Virus record (IMG/VR): IMGVR_UViG_3300048116_000023
Coordinates: 1-26,812 of that record
Origin: a virus
Lineage: Duplodnaviria; Caudoviricetes
Reading direction: 5' to 3' (one strand)
DNA length: 26,812 nucleotides
In this document: positions 18,000 to 25,627 of the stretch, in pieces
Layout: every line of letters begins with the position of its first letter
How positions within the stretch are numbered: position 1 is the first letter of the stretch
Notes under the pieces: model-generated
The model's input: only the letters and a program-made list of their open reading frames with translations
The model's database searches: none
Told to the model about the DNA's origin: nothing
Made by a program: the position numbers and the translations under genes

Positions 18000-18013
18000 T
18001 ATTATATCTCCTT
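18000..18013 (-). promoter_or_regulatory. Strong Shine-Dalgarno AAGGAGATATAATA before ATG 17999
   Basis: The minus strand reads AAGGAGATATAATA-ATG and contains the stop codon of the upstream gene. Confidence 0.75.
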
Positions 18014-18562
18014 AGCCATTAAGCCTTTTGGGGCTTCTTCAGCAACTTCTTGAGGCATTTCTTCCATACCATCATTCTCTACAAAATCTACAACAGTTTG
18101 TTCTAAATCCATTCCTGGATCTTCAGGTGTTTCTGTTAAACCTAATTCTAATCTTTGTTTTAACTTAAGTGATAACTTACGCTTACGTTTCTCTTCTGCT
18201 TCAGCATCCTTATCTCTATACTCATCCATAGTCATCTTATACTCTATGCCTGTTATATCAGCTATTTCTTTTAGCTGCATCGTTAGGTAAGGCTTAAGTA
18301 AAAGCTTAACATCTACAGAGTGTATACCGTCCATAACTCCACTAGAAAGCATAGCATCTGCTACAACACTTATAGGTAAGCCTAAGTCTACCATATCAAT
18401 AAAGTTATCTTGTACTTGTGGATCAACAAGTTTCTTCATGTAGTGTTCAAACGCATCTAAAGGATCAGCGTGTACAGGAGGGTTTTCCCACGGTGCATTC
18501 TTAGGTTCATCTGTTAGCGACTGACCTGGTATAGGTCCATCAAATACTGTAGGTGTTGCCAT
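18002..18562 (-). CDS. Virion-block hypothetical protein (PIPGQSLT..P...PWE.PP type)
   Basis: Start placed at ATG 18562 (AGGATAA SD), which removes the overlap with the upstream gene. Acidic C-terminus ending KGLMAKEI. Confidence 0.7.
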   Translation of the reverse strand: MATPTVFDGPIPGQSLTDEPKNAPWENPPVHADPLDAFEHYMKKLVDPQVQDNFIDMVDLGLPISVVADAMLSSGVMDGIHSVDVKLLLKPYLTMQLKEIADITGIEYKMTMDEYRDKDAEAEEKRKRKLSLKLKQRLELGLTETPEDPGMDLEQTVVDFVENDGMEEMPQEVAEEAPKGLMAKEI

Positions 18563-18572
18563 TGTGTTTATC

Positions 18573-18995
18573 CTATTTAGTGAAGCCAGCGCCAAAGTAT
18601 AGGCCGACTATTGCTGAAACTATGTGTGTGTCTAGTGGGGTTATAACGAAGCCACGAGCTGCTTTCCAATGTATTGCATCTGGTGCGCCTAAGAGCCAGT
18701 TAATAAAGCCACCCTGTACTTCTGTATAACCAACGATTACGCTTACGTCAGGATACCACACTGCTACTAACTTTGGCAATACGATAATAGAGCCTACTGC
18801 AGATAAAGCTATAATCCTACGTGTCCAAGCAAAGTGTTTATCTTTACTGCCATGCTCTCTTGCATCACTGACTGCGCCTACAAGGGCTTTCTGTTGTTCT
18901 GCTTTAGCTTTATTGCTTTGACCCCAGATGGACATAACTCCACCTAAGACAGTGGAGAAAAGCATTGTTATTAATTCTAGTGGTAATCCAAACAT
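18573..18995 (-). CDS. Membrane protein, putative holin (3-TM type)
   Basis: Hydrophobic N-terminal helix, WTRRIIAL plus a TM segment, and C-terminal AIVGLYFG. Directly downstream of the lysozyme-domain gene. Confidence 0.6.
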   Translation of the reverse strand: MFGLPLELITMLFSTVLGGVMSIWGQSNKAKAEQQKALVGAVSDAREHGSKDKHFAWTRRIIALSAVGSIIVLPKLVAVWYPDVSVIVGYTEVQGGFINWLLGAPDAIHWKAARGFVITPLDTHIVSAIVGLYFGAGFTK

Positions 18996-20174
18996 TTACA
19001 AAGTTTCCTCTCTTGTAGTAGTAAGAATAGTAGTATTACCACTTCTGTCTAGTTTAATAGGAGTTCTGCCATTAGAGAAATCATAAACAATATTATCATC
19101 TTTATCTATAAACTCAAACCTTGTACCACCGCTACTTGTAGGAATTTGCTTTATGGTTTTAATAGGGGTTAGACTCGAAGAGTCTTTCGTTACTTTGTTC
19201 CAATTTAAAGCTCTTCTTTTAGCTAAGCTCATTAAAGAACCTTTAGTACCGTCTTTTGCAGTCATACCAACAAACTCTAATGTATTTTCTAATGAATCTT
19301 TAAGATCTGTTTTAGTAGGGGTTTGACCTACAGTACCTACATTAAACTGCAGATCTAATATAGCCATCTGAGCGCTGGGAGGAAAAGACTTCCATAGCTT
19401 TGCTTTATCTAAAGTATTATATTTTCTTTGTACTTTCTGGTAGTGATATAAGGATACAGCAGCAGCAAATTCAGCATCGGAAGAGTAATCACTTCTACTC
19501 ATACCTTTAGGTATATTTTTAACCCCATAAGCGCCTGTACGTCTACCACCTTCAAGAGAAGCGTGTGCTGTTGTGCCTTCATGCTCTGTTAAGTAAGTAT
19601 CTACAAAGTTATCTTCTAGGTATTGCACTGTTAGCTTTTGGTTTGATAATGAGGCTTTTTCACCTTTTTTATCAGCTTGCGAAATAAGGTCTTTTTGTAC
19701 AGGCTTAACCATAAGCCCTGCTTGATCTTGCGCAATAGCTTTAGCTATATCAATAGCAGGTGCTTCTTCCTCTACAAGCTTTTCTGCTGCATCAGCACGT
19801 ACATCTTTCATTATGTCGGATTCTAGAATATCTCTCTCTTTCATAACAGACCCAGAGAAGTTCATAGGTTTTATCCTAGCATCACTCTGAAACCTACGTA
19901 AGTCTTCATCTGTTATTTCAGGTACAGCTGCACCAGCAAAGCTCATAGGGAGTTGAGGGTTATATCTGCTTAACTCTTTTTGTGTTATTTCACGCTTCTC
20001 TTTAAGCCTAGATAAGCTATCAAGTATGACACTAAAAGGACTAGGTTTATCATTATTACCTAATGCACTACCCATCAGTCCTTGCTTAGCTGTAGTATCA
20101 CTATCCGTAGAAGAGCGACTATTCATCTCTTCTTTGATTTGATCTATTGCTGTTAATAAGTTTAAACCTACCAT
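18996..20174 (-). CDS. Protein with a C-terminal divergent GH24 (T4 lysozyme-like) domain; virion-associated muramidase or endolysin
   Basis: LTEHEG...T.AYGV, WKSFPPSAQMAILDLQFNVG and LAKRR echo the GH24 HEG..T.GYG, ALVD..FN.G and L.RRR motifs. Confidence 0.55.
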   Translation of the reverse strand: MVGLNLLTAIDQIKEEMNSRSSTDSDTTAKQGLMGSALGNNDKPSPFSVILDSLSRLKEKREITQKELSRYNPQLPMSFAGAAVPEITDEDLRRFQSDARIKPMNFSGSVMKERDILESDIMKDVRADAAEKLVEEEAPAIDIAKAIAQDQAGLMVKPVQKDLISQADKKGEKASLSNQKLTVQYLEDNFVDTYLTEHEGTTAHASLEGGRRTGAYGVKNIPKGMSRSDYSSDAEFAAAVSLYHYQKVQRKYNTLDKAKLWKSFPPSAQMAILDLQFNVGTVGQTPTKTDLKDSLENTLEFVGMTAKDGTKGSLMSLAKRRALNWNKVTKDSSSLTPIKTIKQIPTSSGGTRFEFIDKDDNIVYDFSNGRTPIKLDRSGNTTILTTTREETL

Positions 20175-20178
20175 TGTA

Positions 20179-22794
20179 TTATCCTATTTTACCCGTTAGT
20201 CCATACTCTATAATCGTCGGAGCTATGGATGCTATAATCTTACCAAAGCCTGAACCTCTTGAAGAGTCTAACTCAGCTTGTGTTCTTGCTCTACTTAGTT
20301 CAGCTTCTAATGCAGCAAGCTGTACACGTAGCTCTCTTTCTGCTTGGTTCTCTGCAGTCTTGAAAGCATAACTTACTAAGTCTCTCTCTTCCTGTAAGAT
20401 AGCATTGTAAGAAGCCATAGTAAATTCATTAGCAGACATAGCCGCTTCACGGTTAGACTGATTCTGTGCCGCTATCTCTGTAGTTGTGATAGACTGTGAC
20501 CATGTAGCATTAGCTTGAGCAACTACAAGAGCATTAGTAGCGTTAAACTGTTCTCTAGCTGTACGCTGTGTGGCGTTGTATTGCTCTAGAGAGTTTGTCT
20601 CTCCTGCATTAAACTGTGCCATAGCGTTAGCTTGTTCACTATTCTGTAAAGCTATATTAGCCGCTAGATTAGCAAAGAACTGATTAGCTTGATTTTCACT
20701 TGTAGCGTTAAACTGTTTAGAAGCATTCTCTGCTGCCGCATCTGATAATAGAGAATTAGCAGTCTGTTGTGCTTTATACATGGCTGTTTGTTGTGTGTTA
20801 CTTAAACTAGCCATGTCCATCTGTAAGAAAGACTGTGCATTTGTAATCTGTGCTTGTTGACGATTACTTAAGTTAGCCATATCCATCTGAGACATAGCCG
20901 CCGCATCTGCAAGTATCTTAGCATTCTGTGAGCTAAGGTTAGTTAGATCAACTGTTTGTGCCATACGTGCATTCTCTAGTGCTATCTGTTGTTCTGCACT
21001 AAAGTTAATGTTAGCAATATCTGCTACTCTAGAAGCATTAGCTACACGAGATTGGAACTCTTGGTTAAACTCTAACCCAAGAAACTCTGAACGCTTTTCT
21101 GCTGCAAACATAGCCGCTTGTTGCTTATTAGATAAGTTCTGAGCTTCAAACTTAGCAAAGGTAGACGCATCTACTTGTGCAATAGGTATAGCAGATTCCA
21201 TAGCCGCTTGTATCGCCGCTTGTCCTGCCATTGATGATGCAGATAATCCACGAGAAGCCATCATAGCCGCCGCATTACGCATAGCTCCTGCCGCCCATGC
21301 TGGTGGAGACTTACCTTCAAAGTCTGCCATCAAGCCTGTAAGTTGACCCTGCACTGTAGCATCTGTTGATGGTGCGCCTGTAGCCGCTTCAAAGTTTGTT
21401 TCGACTCTAACACGATCCATATCAACAGCAGAACCTGATATAAGTTCACCTTCTTGTAGTGTTCTTGCTTCAGGTGCTACAACTGTAGTAGCTTGTTCTA
21501 TTTGAGCTGCATCTAATCCTAGTCTAGCTAACTCTTCAGGGTTCATAGTCTGAGCATCAGCTACTGCACCAGCGCTGGGCTTACCTGTAGCCGCTTCTAA
21601 ACGTGTAAGTACCTCTTCAACAGATGCAGTAGCAGGTAAAGGTTCATATGTCCCTGCTTCTGTCTTTTCTGGTGCGGCTACAGGTGGTGCTGTAGTTGCA
21701 GTAGTTACAGTAGCTTGTGGGGCATCACCCTTAATAGCACCCGTGTCAGATGCCATCATACCTTCAGCTTTATCTGCTGCAGAAACTTTAGCTACGTCAG
21801 CTTCACTAACAACACTTGCAGGATCTTTATATAACTGTGAAGAGAATTCATCTGCAGAGGGTAGCTCTGTTACTTTAAAGCTCTTCTGCATTGTACCATA
21901 AGCGGTATTAGCATTGTTCACAGCAATTTGTGCTTTATTTACTGCATCAGCTTTAGCTTTGTTAGTAGGGTCTGCAGTAGATGCATCTAAAGCCTTCTGA
22001 AATGCCGCATTAGCTGTAGCTATGTTTTGTTGTGCTGTGTCTAACTGAGTTTGCATAGCACTTGGTTGTTGTGACATCTCAGGACGTGAACTACCTGCAC
22101 TAGGGCCTCTAGCTATAGCCTCATTAACAGCTTTCTGTTGAGCTGGAGGTAATACATTTCTGCTCCGCCTGTTTTGTATTTTTTGAGCTTCTTCGTATGT
22201 GTAGTTATAATCTTGTGGCATTCGTGTATTTAACATACCCTCTGGTATTGCTGTTCCACCTTGATTAGCTCTATTAGCTAGGTAAGCTTCGTATGCACTG
22301 TCTTGCGCTCTACCCATACTACCAGAACCCATAGAACCAAAGTAGGGGCTATCATACATATCTTGAGTACCAATAGTATTATTCTTTTTAAAGTCTGTAT
22401 ACTCTGGTGAGTTGTAGAAGCCTTCATCTATGTTAGGTCTGGGTTCTACAGGTGTACCTGACTTAAATTTAGTATTGCTAAGATCTGGCTGTACAGGTGT
22501 AGGTACAGAAGGTGTACCTAAAAAGTTTTCAAAGGCTGTTGTATTTCCTTGTGCAAGACTAGGCATTATATTTGCTAAGCCACTAACAGCTTGATTGACT
22601 AGACCTCCCTGCACATAACCACCCTGAGCCATACCAATGCGCTTAGATGCTTGTTCTGCCATCATACCTACACGACTAGCGGCAGAAGGTGTAGCGGCTA
22701 AAAACTTAGCTTGCTCATCTGCTTGCATACCTGCCATCTCTGGTACTATCTTACCCATTTGTTCAGGTGTAAATCCACCAAATACTTTAGCCAT
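20179..22794 (-). CDS. Ala/Gln/Asn-rich internal virion / DNA-ejection (pilot-like) protein, 871 aa
   Basis: Long low-complexity coiled-coil C-terminal half with NLSNxQQ and QFNA repeats, glycine-rich hydrophobic C-terminus, AAGGA SD. Confidence 0.65.
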   Translation of the reverse strand: MAKVFGGFTPEQMGKIVPEMAGMQADEQAKFLAATPSAASRVGMMAEQASKRIGMAQGGYVQGGLVNQAVSGLANIMPSLAQGNTTAFENFLGTPSVPTPVQPDLSNTKFKSGTPVEPRPNIDEGFYNSPEYTDFKKNNTIGTQDMYDSPYFGSMGSGSMGRAQDSAYEAYLANRANQGGTAIPEGMLNTRMPQDYNYTYEEAQKIQNRRSRNVLPPAQQKAVNEAIARGPSAGSSRPEMSQQPSAMQTQLDTAQQNIATANAAFQKALDASTADPTNKAKADAVNKAQIAVNNANTAYGTMQKSFKVTELPSADEFSSQLYKDPASVVSEADVAKVSAADKAEGMMASDTGAIKGDAPQATVTTATTAPPVAAPEKTEAGTYEPLPATASVEEVLTRLEAATGKPSAGAVADAQTMNPEELARLGLDAAQIEQATTVVAPEARTLQEGELISGSAVDMDRVRVETNFEAATGAPSTDATVQGQLTGLMADFEGKSPPAWAAGAMRNAAAMMASRGLSASSMAGQAAIQAAMESAIPIAQVDASTFAKFEAQNLSNKQQAAMFAAEKRSEFLGLEFNQEFQSRVANASRVADIANINFSAEQQIALENARMAQTVDLTNLSSQNAKILADAAAMSQMDMANLSNRQQAQITNAQSFLQMDMASLSNTQQTAMYKAQQTANSLLSDAAAENASKQFNATSENQANQFFANLAANIALQNSEQANAMAQFNAGETNSLEQYNATQRTAREQFNATNALVVAQANATWSQSITTTEIAAQNQSNREAAMSANEFTMASYNAILQEERDLVSYAFKTAENQAERELRVQLAALEAELSRARTQAELDSSRGSGFGKIIASIAPTIIEYGLTGKIG
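20788..21141 (-). repeat. Degenerate protein repeats (N/S)LS(N/S)xQ in the 871-aa protein
   Basis: AQNLSNKQQA, LTNLSSQNA, MANLSNRQQA and MASLSNTQQT in the translation. Confidence 0.6.
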
Positions 22795-22809
22795 TTTTAA
22801 TAGTCCTTA

Positions 22810-23064
22810 TTAATTACCCAACTTCATCCAAACTGCAGCAGCAACAAAGCTGAATATAGCAATGGTTGTTATTTTAACGAATGTGTTCCATATACTTAAA
22901 CGTGTTTGTCTCCACGTTGTTAATAGGTTGCGTACCTCACGTATATCTTCTGCGGCTGACTCATCATGTAAGCCTAACTCACGTAGAACTAACTTAGCTC
23001 CACGCTTAGCTGATCTGTCTAGTATAATCTCTAGCTCTTCTGGGGTCAACGTTATATTGGACAT
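22810..23064 (-). CDS. DUF6127-like small membrane protein
   Basis: ELE.ILDRSAKRGA...L.ELGLHD..AAEDIRE.R.LL..WR followed by a C-terminal TM helix. Start placed at ATG 23064 (TAATG overlap). Confidence 0.65.
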   Translation of the reverse strand: MSNITLTPEELEIILDRSAKRGAKLVLRELGLHDESAAEDIREVRNLLTTWRQTRLSIWNTFVKITTIAIFSFVAAAVWMKLGN

Positions 23065-23957
23065 TATGCTGACTCCGTAAAGACCCAAGCCCCATGAGGA
23101 ACTTCACCTGTTAAAGAGAAGTTCTGTGAAGATGAATTACCATTGGTTGTAATACCTACAGATCCAGTGTTATACCACCAGCCATATCTATGTGTACAAG
23201 TTGTATCTGATGCAGAAGAGGTATATCTAGTTTGGCTATACCCATCGCCACCTCTTTCTCTAGCGTACAGCAGTATCTCACCAGAAGCAAGTGTTTGAGT
23301 AGAACTCTTACTTCCAGCTCTATCATAAGACCACTTTCCTGGCATTACAATACACATAGCACCTGCCCATTTATTAGAACCTTGTCTGTTAAATGTATAT
23401 GCAACATTACCTACTAGATTATGCGGTAGATTTATTTGATCAGCAGCACAATTATTATTATGAGCTGAAGCATTAAATACATTTGTATGTGTGTGAGTCA
23501 TTGTTATAGGATCTGTTAAAGAAGAACCGCCTGGCATAGCCGCAATACCTATTATTGTTGTCCACTGACTAGACGTATGTTGTGAGGTTCTTGTAGTATT
23601 GTTAGGGCAAGTGTCACTGCTTTGATACCTACTATTAGGGTTGTTAGCACCACTATCATCTGATGTCATAAGTTGTCCACCAGGACTAGCCTCAAGGCTT
23701 ACCCATATAGCACCTGAATTTTTTACTGACCTAAAGTCTGTTAACTTTTGAAGCGTAGTACCCTCATAATAATTATTGTAGAAGTCACCTAAATCAATAG
23801 CTCCACTTGTAGGGATATCTGTATTGTTGTTGTATCCGAAGTTACTACGTACATTAGAGCCTCCCCTATAGAAGTCAGACAGGCTTATACTTCCTGTTTT
23901 ATCGTATTCACTTCTTAGGTTAGCAAAACTAATTGCTCCTGATGCAGGTAGAGCCAT
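23064..23957 (-). CDS. Putative tail-fibre adhesin / receptor-binding protein
   Basis: N-terminal MALPASGAIS...SLSDFY...IPTSGAIDLGDFY module, then a Ser/Thr/Gly/Asn- and aromatic-rich domain. Coupled to the tail-fibre gene. Confidence 0.6.
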   Translation of the reverse strand: MALPASGAISFANLRSEYDKTGSISLSDFYRGGSNVRSNFGYNNNTDIPTSGAIDLGDFYNNYYEGTTLQKLTDFRSVKNSGAIWVSLEASPGGQLMTSDDSGANNPNSRYQSSDTCPNNTTRTSQHTSSQWTTIIGIAAMPGGSSLTDPITMTHTHTNVFNASAHNNNCAADQINLPHNLVGNVAYTFNRQGSNKWAGAMCIVMPGKWSYDRAGSKSSTQTLASGEILLYARERGGDGYSQTRYTSSASDTTCTHRYGWWYNTGSVGITTNGNSSSQNFSLTGEVPHGAWVFTESA

Positions 23958-25615
23958 TATACAGATCCATATGCTGTTACGTTACCAACTACAGTTAAGT
24001 TACCAGAACCATCTATCTTCATTTTGTTTGTACCATTAGAGGCAAACAATAAAGTGCCACCACTCTCTGTTATTGTCCAGTTGCCTAAATCTACAGTTGT
24101 AGCATTAAGAGTAGAAGCAGAGAATGACTGAGATCCAGAACCTGCTAGTTCAGCCTTAGTGTCTATCTCTGTCTGTAATCCATCTACGTTAGCAATAGTG
24201 TGGTTGTGACTATCATCTGCTATTACTGCTGCTATAGTAGCATTACTTGTACCATTAAAAGAAACCGAACCTGTCACATCTCCTGATAGAGCTATAGTAC
24301 GAGAAGTAGCTAACGCTGTAGCTGTAGAGGCATTACCTGTAACTGCACCCGTAACGTTACCAGTTAAGTTACCCTCAAATGTACCTGCTACAAATGTTTC
24401 ACTTCCTACGCCCCACTTGTCTGTTGATTCTGTCCAGACTAGAGATTTATTAGCTTGTGTACCACGCTCAATAGTAATACCTGCATCCTGACTTGGTGTA
24501 CCTGTCTCATCAGAGTTAAGTGTGATAATATTGTCACCAATGTTTACCGTGTTAGAGTTTACTGTAGTAGTCGTACCATTTACTGTTAAGTTACCTCCTA
24601 CAATAACATCATCAAATGTTACGTCTTGGTTTGTAGCTAAGGAGATAACACCTGTAGAGCTATTGTAGCTGATGTTACCTGTAGCAGATATAGCGTTTCT
24701 AGCTCTGGCTGTAGTGTGATACAGATTAGATGAGCCTTCAGCTATAGTATCTGTATTACCCTGTGTAAAGCTCATGACACCAGAAGTACTGTTGTAGCTT
24801 AAACTTCCTGTAGCTGAGATAGCACCTCTAGCTCTAGCAGTTGTATGATACAGGTTGCTAGAACCCTCTGTAATATCGTCTGTGTCGTGGTTAGCTACGC
24901 TTGACACTGTACCTGTTACGTTACCTGTTAGAGCGCCTGTAAAGCCTCCTGTAGCCGACACAGTGCCACCTACAACAATGTTACCAGAGTTAAGTGTGAG
25001 GTTAGCTGTAGCTATGGTTGTGTTGCCTGTTATAGCAAGAGTACCACCTACTGTAGTATTACCTGTCACTGCTAGTGTACCCAGCGCTGAAGTAGCTGAA
25101 CCATTTAAGCGTAAAGCTTCTACATTACCTGAAAAGATAGACAACTGGTTAGAGTTATTGGTTAGTTTACCGAAGCTAACACCACCATCCTTAAGTAATA
25201 CATCTCCACCGTCAGCATCTAGTGTAATATCACCTACTACATCTAGGGTTAAATCCCCATTAGATACAGTATAAGAATTGTCTATGATAGTAGTGTAACC
25301 ATTCACACCTATGTTAGCTGTATCTGTATACAGAGTACCATCAAAGTAACCATCCTTGAATTGAGCTGCACTAGAGCCTAGATCAATAATGTTATTAGCT
25401 TTAGGTAATAGCGTAGATGTACCTACAATAATGTCCTGACCTGGACCTACTTTAGTTACAGGTGCGCCTTGTCCTGATGATCCATCATGAGAGTGACCAG
25501 AGGATGCGTTAAATGCGCTTTCAACAGCGTTAAACTCTCCGTCTAAATCGTCTGCGTCAATAACGCTACCGTTAGCGATGTTGTTAGCCGTATCTTGGCG
25601 TGTATAACCTGCCAT
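23957..25615 (-). CDS. Tail fibre protein
   Basis: N-terminal MAGYTRQ...DLDGEFNAV...GHSHDG attachment domain, GNLTGNVTG motifs, ATALATSRTIALSGDVTGS..F.G and HNHTIANVDGLQ fibre motifs. Confidence 0.85.
   Translation of the reverse strand: MAGYTRQDTANNIANGSVIDADDLDGEFNAVESAFNASSGHSHDGSSGQGAPVTKVGPGQDIIVGTSTLLPKANNIIDLGSSAAQFKDGYFDGTLYTDTANIGVNGYTTIIDNSYTVSNGDLTLDVVGDITLDADGGDVLLKDGGVSFGKLTNNSNQLSIFSGNVEALRLNGSATSALGTLAVTGNTTVGGTLAITGNTTIATANLTLNSGNIVVGGTVSATGGFTGALTGNVTGTVSSVANHDTDDITEGSSNLYHTTARARGAISATGSLSYNSTSGVMSFTQGNTDTIAEGSSNLYHTTARARNAISATGNISYNSSTGVISLATNQDVTFDDVIVGGNLTVNGTTTTVNSNTVNIGDNIITLNSDETGTPSQDAGITIERGTQANKSLVWTESTDKWGVGSETFVAGTFEGNLTGNVTGAVTGNASTATALATSRTIALSGDVTGSVSFNGTSNATIAAVIADDSHNHTIANVDGLQTEIDTKAELAGSGSQSFSASTLNATTVDLGNWTITESGGTLLFASNGTNKMKIDGSGNLTVVGNVTAYGSV
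24641..24883 (-). repeat. Tandem duplication of a 43-aa (129-nt period) tail-fibre module
   Basis: TDDITEGSSNLYHTTARARGAISATGSLSYNSTSGVMS and TDTIAEGSSNLYHTTARARNAISATGNISYNSSTGVIS. Confidence 0.9.
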
Positions 25616-25627
25616 AAGAGTTATCCT

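Noticed and set aside
18003-18013. AAGGAGATATA identical to the T7 gene 10 / pET vector RBS
   Set aside because: Only 11 bp, and it encodes the natural C-terminus (KEI-stop) of the upstream gene. No other vector sequence is present.
24641-24883. Diversity-generating retroelement template/variable repeat pair
   Set aside because: The repeats are in-frame tandem units with mainly synonymous, non-adenine-specific differences, and no reverse transcriptase is present.
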